Origin: Schmidtea polychroa
Lineage: Eukaryota
Reading direction: 5' to 3'
NCBI GenBank assembly: GCA_044892525.1
Contig: CM097885.1
Coordinates: 213,714,001 to 213,778,000, forward strand
DNA length: 64,000 bases
The position numbers were made by a program, and so were the translations under genes. A model generated the notes under the pieces. It saw only the letters and a program-made list of their open reading frames with translations. It did no database searches and had not been told where the DNA came from. Below, one piece after another: positions 13,766 to 26,117 of this stretch (positions are counted from its first letter, which is position 1; each line of letters starts with the position of its first letter).

Positions 13766-13931
13766 TAATATCCCGGCTATCCCGCCTCACTTCGAGCACT
13801 GCATGCACATTTGATAAAGTAGCAATAGTAATACAGTACTAATATTTTATGAATGTAATCATAATTTTATTTATTTATTTTATTTTTATGTGAATCTGCA
13901 CTTTTCAATACGAAATGAAAGCATTAATTTG

Positions 13932-13996
13932 ATTGGTTAGCACTAAGTAAGAAAATGAAAGGTTAAGAAAATTTTGATAAGGGTATAAAAGGCGGG
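13932..13996 (+). promoter_or_regulatory. Pol II promoter-like cluster upstream of the exonuclease ORF
   Basis: ATTGG (reverse CCAAT) at 13932, TATAAAA at 13984 and GGCGGG at 13991, ~200 bp before the ATG at 14195. Confidence 0.45.
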
Positions 13997-14194
13997 TTTA
14001 AACTCATTAAACTTAATTAATTTAAAAATAAAACAAATATCAACACCCAAATAAATCGGTAATTATTATTATTATTATTATTATTATTTATACAGCTAGT
14101 AGCTGGGACAGTATCCTTCGGATACTTTATCTCAGCCCTAGTTTTAAAAGTAAATTAAAATTCAAACGTTAAATTATAACTATTTTTAGCAAAA

Positions 14195-14876
14195 ATGGAA
14201 CAAGTACAATGGGCAAGATCCACCTACGACAGTTACTTCAAGATGCAGAAAAATCATGCCAGCCAACAATTATACGAAATCAATGAAAATTTACAAATTC
14301 CAAATTATTTGCGGATAGATGACAGAAGAATGAAGATACGAATGTTTACAATAAGGAGAAATTCAGAATTGAAATTGAGTTGTCTCGGAAGGAAGAATAT
14401 CACATACACGTGATCAGAGGTACAGTGGAAGTGCTGAAGAACGATAATACAATATGGTGGCAACTCCGAAAATTCACATCGTGGAAGCTGCAGAAGGACT
14501 TCATGTGGAGAACACTACGAGCAGCGAATGAGGAGACAACGATGGTGGTGGAAATCAGAACTGTGAATGAAGCGGATGAGGTACCACAAATGCATCTAAT
14601 TGAAGGAGAAGATCCAATGTTATTGAAAATTTCAAAGGAAATGTTGAAAAAGAAAATGTCGTTTCTTAGAAAAGAAATGGATCTAGAAGAAATCCGCAAT
14701 AGAATATTGTTCATTGATGCTGAATATGGCACATCAGAGCAAGGAAAAATGGTCCCTTTAGCAATAGCAATTATGAATTATTATGGGAAAGTAGTAAAAG
14801 ATGTATACCTCACTCCAAGAGGAAAAATCCGACATTTCAATTCAAGGATCCATGGAATTACAGAAGTGGCCAGCAG
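14195..14876 (+). pseudogene. Frameshifted, truncated gene ending in the N-terminal half of a DEDDh (REX/RNase T-like) 3'-5' exonuclease domain
   Basis: ILFIDAEYG...PLAIAIMNYYGKVVKDVYLTP.GKIRHFNSRIHGITE matches the Exo I motif (D-x-E) and the following D.YVKP...GIT pattern. One frameshift near 14385; cut by the hAT TIR at 14877. Confidence 0.7.
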
Positions 14877-17446
14877 TAGGGTGGAGCTTATTTTTGAACT
14901 TTCAAAATATTACCTTCTTACCCTCCCATTCTGTTCCTATATATGAAAGAAAAATTCAGGCAAAATATGAACACAATTGAAGAATATTTAGGGGTAGCTC
15001 AAGGACAGAGAAGTTTCTGATACTCTTAAGCAGCGGCCGCCCATTTATTTACGGTACTTTACTATAGTAACTGAGAACTAAGTAAATTGAGACTTTCTCA
15101 GACTCTGATAATCATACAACATTTCAATCCTATTTTTACAATATACAATTAACACAAATTCTTCATAGTCCAGGCATGATCAGACTTGTTTAGTATGTTT
15201 ACTGTGTGGACTGGCTATTGCAGGAGTTTGACAAATGTGTTTATAAATTTAAATTGTAAACAGTTGATAACACTACTATTAAAGTGAGCATTAAATTGCC
15301 CAGAGAGAAAAAGGAAGAAGGAGGTCGATGACTGGTGCAGATGAAAAACTTGCTGCTAAGGAGAAAAGATCATTTGAACGAGATGAGCAAATGCTTGCGA
15401 GGCGACAGCAAATGGAGCAAGTGAAGCAGTTAGCAGCTTCTACCGCTGAACTGATATCGTCATCTTCTGAAACCAGCTTAGATGGTGGAAACATGAAAAG
15501 TGGAGAAAATCTGAGTGATGATGCTGCAGAAGGCAGCACATTTCGGACGCCAAAAAGAAAGAGGGGGCGAAAAACTGTTATTACTCCAGAACTTGCAGTA
15601 GCTTTAGATAGAACTAAAGTGTCAGATCGCAAGGCTGTTTTCGTTATTGCAGAAACTGCTAAAAGCCTGGGACAGAACATCGATGAACTTGCTCTAAACA
15701 GAGACTCGATTCGACGACTTAGGGTAGAACATCGAGTTCAGAGAGCTGCCAACATAAAAGCAAAGTTCCAGGATAATGTACCACTTGTAGTTCATTGGGA
15801 CGGCAAACTGATTCCTGATCTGATTGGAAAGGAGAAGGTTGATGGACTGCCGGTTTTGGTTTCTGGAAAAGGAGTATCTCAGCTACTTACAGTTGCTAAG
15901 CTTCCATCTGGAACAGGCGAAGCTCAGGCTGCTGCTGTATATGAAGCCATCAAAGACTGGGGCATAGCCAAGAGTATCCAAGCTATGTGTTTTGACACTA
16001 CTAGCTCAAACACTGGTCGGATTGCTGGTGCTTGTGTACTGTTAGAGCAGAAGCTTCAGAAGGAGTTGTTATCACTGGCTTGTAGGCACCACATTATGGA
16101 ACTGATAATTGGGGCAGTTTTCCAGGTCTGCATGGGAGCCTCATCCTCCCCAGAAGTTGCACTCTTCAAACGCTTTCAAGAGTTCTGGAGATTTATAGAT
16201 ACGGCTAAGTATGAAGCAGGCACTACAGCTGATGACGTAGCAAGTTTACTGGAGGATATAAAGCAAGACACCGTCGATTATGCCAACAAGTATCTTGAAC
16301 AGAGTCAGCCGAGAAATGACTATAAAGAATTCTTGGAACTTGTAATTGTCTTCCTCGGTGCTGCTCCTCCCAGAGGTGTACGGTTCATGGCACCTGGTGC
16401 AATGCACCATGCTCGTTGGATGTCCAAGGTGATATACAGCCTAAAAATTTGGATTTTCAAGGCGCAGTTCAAGCTGACTACTGCAGAAGAGCGAGGGTTG
16501 CGTGATGTTTGTGTATTTGCAGTACGAGTGTACCTGAAAGCTTGGATATCTGCACCTCAAGCAGCAGGTGCTCCATTCAGTGACTTGCTGCTGCTGAAGT
16601 CGCTGCTCGAGTACTCATCAATACATGCAGCCATTTCAAAGGCAACATCTCGCAAGTTTGCAAATCATTTGTGGTACTTATCTGAGAAACTGGTAAGCTT
16701 GGCTTTTTTCGACAGTCGGGTCAGTTCGTCAACCAAACGACTGATGGTGAGTGCCATGCAAAATGATGAAAACCAGGATTCTGATCATTGCAAACGTATC
16801 ACAGTTGCTCTTGGTTCATTCAAAGAGAAAAACTTGGAAGATTTTGTCACAGCTAAATCAATGATTCTGCTTCAACAGCTTGAACTGTCAGATGGATTTC
16901 TTGCAGTTGACCCAGACTTGTGGGGAGACAGAGATGATTACAAACAAGCTGCAGAAACAGTTACATCTCTAAAAGTTGTAAATGACCATGCTGAGCGTGG
17001 AGTGGCCCTCATTCAGGAATACAGGGAATTAATCACCCGTGATGAAACACAACTTCAATTCTTGCTGCAAGTTGTCCAGGACCATCGCAAAATGTATCCC
17101 GACAGCAGGAAAAAGACTCTGTCCGCCATCTCTGGGTTTACATAATAACAGTTAATTTCAAGTTTGCTGGATATTTACAGATTGTTTGTGTCAGAAGCTA
17201 AAGAAACATTACACTATTAATGTCTATGTGTGTAACACTGAAGTTTGCAAAAAAATAAAATAGAATCAGAATTTGTTGAATTTACAAAAATTTTATCATA
17301 TTTCAGGCACTTGAGCTACCTCTAAACATAAAAATTTATTGCTTAAACTTTTTATACAGTGTTTCTATACCATAAGGAACAGATTAGGGGGGTAAGACTT
17401 TCAAAAATTATTTTTTTATTTTTTTTATTTTTTAAGCTCCACCCTA
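14877..17446 (+). mobile_element. Internally deleted hATm-like DNA transposon (2570 bp), non-autonomous
   Basis: 14-bp TIRs TAGGGTGGAGCTTA at both ends. Near-identical to 57527-60768 except for a 671-bp deletion (junction aaattgc|ccagag at ~15299). ORF 15328-17145 has HWDGK, FDTT, CRHH and NDHAERGV motifs. Confidence 0.97.
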
Positions 17447-18307
17447 ATGATCATTGTTTTTGAAAACGCGTTTCAATAATGTCAATTTATTTCTTTTTGA
17501 ATCATTTTTACTTAAATGTTTTAACTTGGTAACACCATTCGTGATGGTGCTAATTGGGCCAGGAATTTATTTGTCTAGGAAAAATAAAAACCACGAAAGC
17601 CTCAAATTGAAATTTTAATTTGTTAGTATATTATGTGATAAGATTCAAATATATTTACTGAACTGTCAACACGTAGCAGTATCTCAAGTTGAATATAATA
17701 AATTGTTAAAATTAATATAAAGGAAAAAGAAAAAAATAATAGTGAATCTTCTCATTTTCAATTCTATCAATAAAGTATATAACTTAACTACTGTATATTA
17801 TTGTCTTTCAGGTGTACATTTTCNNNNNNNNNNNNNNNNNNNNNNNNNNNNNNNNNNNNNNNNNNNNNNNNNNNNNNNNNNNNNNNNNNNNNNNNNNNNN
17901 NNNNNNNNNNNNNNNNNNNNNNNNNNNNNNNNNNNNNNNNNNNNNNNNNNNNNNNNNNNNNNNNNNNNNNNNNTTGACACTAATTTGACATTAATTATTG
18001 TTAACTTACTGATTTTNNNNNNNNNNNNNNNNNNNNNNNNNNNNNNNNNNNNNNNNNNNNNNNNNNNNNNNNNNNNNNNNNNNNNNNNNNNNNNNNNNNN
18101 NNNNNNNNNNNNNNNNNNNNNNNNNNNNNNNNNNNNNNNNNNNNNNNNNNNNNNNNNNNNNNNNNNNNNNNNNNNNNNNNNNNNNNNNNNNNNNNNNNNN
18201 NNNNNNNNNNNNNNNNNNNNNNNNNNNNNNNNNNNNNNNNNNNNNNNNNNNNNNNNNNNNNNNNNNNNNNNNNNNNNNNNNNNNNNNNNNNNNNNNNNNN
18301 NNNNNAT

Positions 18308-18922
18308 ATTGAAACAAGTCAATACAGTAAAGTTCCCGAATACAACCTTCACACTTCCTTTTTGAAAACATTTGATGACAAATACAGTTTAGAAGACATT
18401 GGAAAACGACTTTATACTGGTATAGAACAAAATGCGACAGATTGGAAAATTGCGACCGTTAGTGTAAATTACTGGAGAGTTACTGGTGATGCTCAACAAG
18501 CTTTTAATTGTCTTGAGGTTAGCTCAACTGATGTATAATAATTCTCAATTTACGTTTAGTTGGCCATGGAAAATAGTCCAGAGTTCCATGAAAAAGTTAT
18601 TCTTGTAAATGCAGCCAACATTCTTTATCGAATCAACAAATTAGAAGCAGCTCTGGAAATAACGCACAAATCCTTACAATATCCTGACAGTCAAAATTGG
18701 ATAGTGATTCCTTTCCTTGTGGCCAACATATTTGCCACAATGGAGCAATGGAATAAAGCCACTCTATTTTATGAAGCATGTCTTTCTTTAAAAGTTTATG
18801 AATGTCCTTATATGAATTTTTATAACAATTAATTATCCTAGGCGGATTTCGAGGAGGCGATTTACAGAATCAAGTCCATCCAATGTCAACAAATGGTTAT
18901 GCAGAATTTAGAGCAACACTAA
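18308..18922 (+). CDS. TTC17: TTC17-like TPR protein, terminal exons (18308-18517, 18560-18793, 18842-18922); upstream part hidden in gaps
   Basis: Spliced translation EDIGKRLYTGIEQNATDWKI...YWRVTGDAQQAFNCLE|LAMENSP...VILVNAANILY...FYEACLSLK|ADFEEAIYRIKSIQCQQ* follows the TTC17 TPR-cluster pattern. GT-AG introns of 42 and 48 bp keep frame. Confidence 0.75.
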
Positions 18923-21900
18923 TGCCAAGAAAATGTTACGCAGTTAATTGTAATTTTATGTCAAGAAATATATAAAATTTCTATCAATAATTACTAAATT
19001 TATTCTTAATTAAATTTTAATTTGTTTTTCTACTATAAATATTAATTTCAATATTTTATAAATGGCTAAAATAAAATTGCTTTTATTTTGTATTTGTTAA
19101 TTGGAATTTTAGGGGTAGTTTTTATAGAAAGTAGAAAGGAATAATATATAGGAAAATAAATCATATAACAAAATATGATATACGTTCAGGTTGTTTTTGA
19201 ACTTGACCGCTATAACTTAAGAACATTCTAGTGAGGTTATTTTAAGTATAAAATGTCCTTATTCATTGTGTAGTCATGAACATCTAAATTAACATGTTAT
19301 GAGACAACCATTAAGACTCATATGGTATCATATAACATTTTTGTAACAAAATGAATTACGTTAAACTCCATTGTCTGGGGTGGCAGGAATAAGAAAAGAC
19401 TCCGATAAATCTTTTAAGTATTGGATAAAACGGATTTACGTTCGAGCAATACCTGCATAAATGCACGCAGTCTTATACGTCACACTTGCAAATTTATCTA
19501 AATCTAGGCATAAAATAGTGGATGTTACGTTCTAGGGATATAGTATGATATATTTCAGGTATCCACCAATAACGGCGCGGCAAAAACACTGCAGACAAAA
19601 ATGATGTGGATAAAATACGATGCGGACAATAAATGCGCAGATAAATCTAGATTGAATCGTGAAATGAGTATTTATAACTAGATTTTAAAAAAAGTATATA
19701 GTGATTAAAAGAATATANNNNNNNNNNNNNNNNNNNNNNNNNNNNNNNNNNNNNNNNNNNNNNNNNNNNNNNNNNNNNNNNNNNNNNNNNNNNNNNNNNN
19801 NNNNNNNNNNNNNNNNNNNNNNNNNNNNNNNNNNNNNNNNNNNNNNNNNNNNNNNNNNNNNNNNNNNNNNNNNNNNNNNNNNNNNNNNNNNNNNNNNNNN
19901 NNNNNNNNNNNNNNNNNNNNNNNNNNNNNNNGCGACATGTGAAACGGGGTTGGAACTAATGGACATGGGTCTAATAAATAGATAAATAGTAACTCCTAAA
20001 AATTGTACCTAGTGGCACAAAGTGCTTATTAGTGCAAGTACCTTAACGGACTCAGGATAAGAAGAGGGTCTTTTAAGGTACACTTAAAAACAACAAGAAA
20101 AAATGTAGTCAGTGGCATTAAAAACCAACTGACACATAACACACATATAAATTGTCTGAAAACTCGCCAATATCAAACCATTGAGCGGGTATATCTTTGA
20201 TATATCCGTGAAGCACTTTATAATAGTGCTCAAACCCTTGACCAAAGGTGTTGTGATGTCTGATGATCCCTCAGGGAACACAGAAGAAACCTAAGCATAT
20301 TAAAAACCAAACCAGATATGCTACGACTGCTTTTAGGTTAAAGTTCATTCAACAGGATCTGACCTTCTCTTTGGAGCGGCAGGTAAAAACATGCTTGATT
20401 ATTTTCTCTCACTTTTTAGATTCCTATAATAAATATGTTAACTTTCGCAGCATTAAATTTTTACACACAGGTAAGTTTGTGTGTTCCTATAATATATATT
20501 TATTGATTTTTTTTAGATTATAATCAATGTTAACTTTCACAGTTAGGTGTATAAGGTAACGCGAAGCGAAATTCCATTAGGTATAATAAATCGTAAGGGC
20601 GTATATAGATAAGGTGTACTATAGATATTAGCTTACCTATAATAGATAGGTGCATAAGTATATGGTGGTGTGTGTGTATAAGTGTAAATGTGTATGAGTA
20701 TGCCTGCGATTAATAAGAACACCGATAGAGTGATGTCGACATTACCCAAAATCGATAAGTAAGAGCAGGCAAATACGGTCACACACCAGTATGGACGTCG
20801 ACTATATAACGTATGGTAAGTGCATTATCACCAATTCTCTTAAGTTAGCAAATGTCGGTTTACAAGCAACACCATGATGATTCTGAAGTTGTCCCGTCCT
20901 GTGCAGGTCGGTATCGAGCAGTCCAGCTCAAACGAGGAGAATCTCGAGTGAATATGCCACAAGATCCGATCTTAGAATGGCAAATCAGAAAGACTACCAA
21001 ATCCAAAGGGTTTAAAGACAACAGATATTCTATGGTCGTGCTCAATTGAGAGGCCACCGTGAACCCAACCCGACTCGCACGATTACAGCCAGTAAACTAT
21101 GTGAAGTTTGCAATTGCTTAGTGGCGAAGAGTAGAGTTGGACATTTTCCCGCTCCCTTCCCAATGCACCCACTGCTACAGTCCCTTTGTATTCAAATACT
21201 AGGCATAACATACCTAATTAATTCGATTATGGTCTTTTGTATGTAAATATTCCTTCTTAAAATTTCTTTTATTATTATTAACTAATTTATTATCACTTAC
21301 TTTATCCACTATTATTTCATTCGCCCGCCGGCAGGTTATTTGAAAGCGATATTTCTCCTAACTGTGTTAGTGATTACAATATCCTGCGTCTCCTGATTTC
21401 ATGATTCATGTCTCATCTATTCTCAATGTGTTATGTACTTCACCACGCACCACTCGACGCATGACCATGGATTTTTGTGCGGTTTCTATGTTATGTATTT
21501 TCGATTTGTTAAAAGAAACTTCGGTTTGATCGAGGATGATTGTCGGTGCAAATAAATTGATATTAAGACTGATTGTGCTGAATTGAAAATGATGGGTAGT
21601 AAAATGAATGCGGATTACACGAAACGAAGTGACACCGAGGTACAAAACCATAGATAATTATAACTTAATATGTAGTGATAGTCTAAATGAGAGCGAATTA
21701 AAATAAAAGGTTAACAATAGATAATAAGAGTAAGTAAGATTGGCTAAAGCGCCTCATAGCGATAGTAAATTGAGATATCTAGAGTAAAGGGTCCGCAATG
21801 CTGGGATTATTTTCATTGACACGAGAATCTAATTAAACCTAAATAAAAATTTCTTTTAATTGAGAATTTACGAAGACAAAGAGGCAGCGCTAAAACAGGC

Positions 21901-22969
21901 AGAGGTAGGATCGACAAATTCAAGGGACGATGCATCAGAGCGCCGAGGATCAGATGGAAATCAAGGCCTTTCGGCTACAAGTTCGACACCTGGAAACACT
22001 ATTGAACGAGCGTTTCGTCAATCAGACCACAGCCGCTCCGATAAAGCCATTAACGGTAGAGCTTGCCTAGAACGCCAAACAACGGGCGATAATGCATATG
22101 AGAAAACACCCCGGTTCAGGACGTGTCGCAAACCTCTCCTACCCAGTGGACAGATTCAATTTATTACGTGATCTTTTTATTGTCACCAGAACAAATATAT
22201 CCTAATTTTGTTTATCGAGTGGAATAATTATAATTTTGATATTTTAGCTAATTCTCACTATCTACTTAGAGGCCATGATAGATTTCGCCATTTTTAAAGA
22301 ATATTCTAGTTTTCTATTCATTTCTACCGTAATTATTTAATCCCTACTTTTTTTGCTAATGTTATTTTGTGGAAATCTTTCAAATTTCCATTCCTCTCTC
22401 CTCATCTTCAATAATTCAAATTTGCCTACTTTTGTTATGTATCTATGTTGTGTTTTAAGTCTATTTCATGTAATACTTCTTGCATTTGTTTAATTTCATG
22501 TTGGGTGAATTCTATTTATTTGTTTAATTGATGTTTGGACGTGTTTGATTTTGACTCAGCTTGATGTTATGTTCCGACGTCTATCAGTCACGAATCAATC
22601 ATTTGGACTCAAAATCAGTCGTAGTAAACAGGTGTAAAGTAATTTCATTTAACTACAATACTTCAAAGAACTAGTTTACTTGGAGTTGAAATAAAAACTT
22701 TTAATGTACAAAATAGTTATTCACGGACTATTAATTTTGCTTACGAAGACATTTTTGAATTTTGACGAGGTGGTCAACAAGATGAAAAACTTGGTTTATG
22801 AGTCATGTTTAGTCGCACTATACTATTTTAGTTTCAAAATGAGAATACCAATATGAGATCTGATAAAATTAAAATGAGAAAATTAAGCCTGATTTTATAC
22901 AAATTGTTTAAATTAAACGGCAGAATTGCAATTGTTTGAGTTGTATAACAAAATTGAAAGACCCAAAAT

Positions 22970-23210
22970 ATGTCAGCGAAAATTAAGAATCTAAAAAACG
23001 GAATTACTCTCTGTTATTCGCTAAAATATTTCAGATATGAACCTGAAAAGGTAAACTCCCCCGAGAACAAACAAAAACGAAAGAAGTTTGTGGAATGTCT
23101 TTTGAAATTTCAGTCCCAAAATAAACCTTTTTTGTTTATGGATGAAACGAATTTAAACATTCATATTTCAAGAACACAGGGCATCAAAGAGCAAAGATTA
23201 ATAGCCTTAT
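22970..23210 (+). mobile_element. IS630/Tc1-like (DDE_3) transposase fragment
   Basis: PEKVNSPENKQKRKKFV...FLFMDETNLNIHISRTQG contains the first catalytic DET motif. Confidence 0.7.
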
Positions 23211-23726
23211 GGAAGAAGATCTGCAGACAATTACACCAACAATGTCCCAATTGCATCGCAAGCATTAACTTAGAAAATATTAATGTATCAAAATTAATAG
23301 TTTTAAATCAAAATAAAATTTCTTATTTTTATAATTGAAGTTCCACTTTGAAGTTTATTATTCTCTTTTTGAAACTAAAATGGTATAGTTTGAAGATGAC
23401 TGTGAAATTTGAAGATTTTCATTTGGTAACTGTTAGTCTTAAATGATCTTCATATTTGCCACAGAAAATATTTTCGTATATCTTCAAAATGGCGATAAAA
23501 ATCACGCTCCAAACTGAGTATCAGTTAAAATTTTCATGACATGCGTCCTACCCCTGTCTCGACTCTTGGGTCTATAAATACCATAAACTACTCAAATTAT
23601 AACCCGACAAACCTTGATCATACATCACTCCGCTCAGGAACTAGAGCTATTCAAGTTCACTCACATCAGACCAGATCAATGCTTCACTGGTGAGTCGTTT
23701 TTAAGTAATCCAATTTACTCACATTA

Positions 23727-24243
23727 TCTACTATAAAAAGATGAAAGTTTGTTTGTTTTCTATAGAATTCCCCACCGTTTGACCTAGAGTGCTGAAATTT
23801 TGAATGTGGCTCTCATTTGACTCGGGACAGGTCATAACCTATGTTTCACACCCAGTTGACTACCATAGGGTAACCTTAGTCGGTTTTTTTGTCTGTACGG
23901 TCAGCAGTAATTTATTATATGCTTGCTACTTGAAAGTAATATAATTTAGTCAAAAGTTTTCAAAGCAGAATACAAACATGGAGAATTTGAATTTTATTTG
24001 ATTAGTGAACCAGTTTGCAATTGGAAAGATATTGTCAGTTATTTTTCGATTTAAATTGGATTGCGTTTTCGATTTTACGAATTGAAATTTATTTTGAAAG
24101 CTTTTCTTATTGTGAATTAAACATGAAATTAAAGCTGTTATAAAATGAATACTGGAGCGTAATATCATCATTAAACAAAAAATTAATTTAAATGAATTAT
24201 TATAATAAATGTAAACTCGGGCGAAGCCTGGTACAACAGCTAG
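23727..24243 (+). mobile_element. Non-autonomous Helitron (~517 bp)
   Basis: 5' A|TCTACTATAAAAA..gtttgtttg; 3' hairpin cgggc-gaa-gcctg followed by ..cagCTAG|T; A|T insertion with no TSD. Confidence 0.75.
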
Positions 24244-24906
24244 TCTATCATAAAACAAATCTAGAAGCCATTGATCATCGCAAAATTGGACTATATTTTA
24301 CTATATAGTACTGAGTAGGTAGATGTGAGCCCCATGAAGCAGTATGAGTTATCGCACATATATACCTCTCCCCGGCTGATAAGTTATTGTGCATATATTG
24401 ATTTTTAAGTGCAAAGTGTGCAAAATTTAGTCAGAGGTGCTTTTCTTAGATTTAAAAATTTCACCCAGACATTATCCACGAAAAAGATTTGTTATTTGTC
24501 GACACAAATTATTTTATATGAAAATCAACGAAAAGATTTCTTTTCGATATAAATTTCGCGTTTTTAAGGAATAATTTTTGGAACATTGGGAACCGAGTAT
24601 ATTTAGTCGAGACATCCTTAACAAAAAAGTTGCGACTTGATTCAACTAAGATGATTCTTTAATAAAAATCTCGAAAAATTTCTGGGTTCTCCCAGGAATT
24701 AAAAAAAGGTAAAACCAATCGATAAATCTCAAAAATTCCGCTATGTCCGAATGTATTATGAATTATCACGGATTTTGATTGATGAGTTATTGCGCATTTG
24801 ATCAAAATTACTATATTTTGATAATTTCTCTTTTCAATCCTCTCGATAATGCCTAAATATTAAAACCAAATACATCTTTTATCATTCAAAAGCAAATTAT
24901 GAACAG

Positions 24907-25449
24907 TTATAATTCCGTGTTTGTTAATCTGTTGCGTACAGTCCGTTCTCTTCGCGTTACCGTTTCACTGTCCTGCAGCACCCGAGCATACTGTGAATTG
25001 CTCGTGTCCCTAAATTAATAAAGCATTTTAACATAAGGAAAATGTAAATATTGCACAAAATTTGTCAATTATCATTTAACATTTTTATTCAATTTAGATG
25101 AAAAATGATTTAAAAATAAATTTAAACAATAATACAATTATCAAAGATGGCGTCCTGAATATGTTAAACTATAAACATTTTTCATATATTTCATGATTTC
25201 GAAATAAAATTTTATATTAAACAATTTTAATATCCGTGATTTTTTCTAATTATTTTTTGACTTAATTAAATAAAATATAAATTGAAAAATTTTTAACCTC
25301 ATTCTTGATGCATTGTCACTATTCAGAGCACGCATATCATGTTTGCCATTGCTATTTGATTGGGCAATTGAATGCAAATTTTTAACGAGACTTATTAAAA
25401 TGAGAATTAAACACAACCAAATTGGACAGCACATCAACCAGAATCGCAT
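24907..25449 (-). CDS. Candidate two-exon small secreted protein (84 aa; exons 25449-25298, 25009-24907)
   Basis: Hydrophobic N-terminus MRFWLMCCPIWLCLILILISLVKNLHS. Donor gag|gttaaa and acceptor aatttag|g join in phase to RDTSNSQYARVLQDSETVTRRERTVRNRLTNTEL*. Confidence 0.35.
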
Positions 25450-26117
25450 ATTAAGATATATTTCAAATTTTATACATAGCACTAATTCTGCAATTATTTT
25501 CAAAACTATTGTAGAAAATGTGTAAGCTTTTTCTAATTGAGAATAGAATGGCATCGGACGTCTATATATCAAATTTATACTTACATGAACAGTCAGTTAT
25601 GATTAACCTTTTAATCTCCCATATACAGCCAACAATGTACAAAAAGTCCATAACCCATAATGGAATGAAAACGTAAAACCAGCTCCAATCAATAGATTTA
25701 TTAAGTTTAGAAACTACTAATATCAAAAATATGTTAAATAAAAATAATATGGTTATTATTTTAAATCCACTAGAAATCTAAAAAATATTAAATAAAATTA
25801 TGACTTTAACACTTAAAGAAACAAAATATTAAATTATGGAAAAAAAATTATAGAAAAAATTGATAAATGATGAATTCAGTAATTTTGATTTTATAAAATA
25901 TCTTAAATTATAATAATAATTAAAAAAGTCAATTTAAACAAATGACTTTCTAAAATGTCTTAATAAATTTTGGAAGTAGTTATTATAGTTATGATGTCTT
26001 CAACTTCTAAATTCATAAAATCAATAAATCAATAATAATGCAATAAAATATATTTTCCAAAAACACGCTAAAACCAATAATATTAAAACAAACAACTTTC
26101 CATAACTCTCCCCTTCT

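Noticed and set aside
15291-15680. Antisense ORFs over the transposase and pol genes (e.g. 15291, 58561, 26755, 28734)
   Set aside because: Shadow ORFs of real coding sequence with no recognisable motifs.
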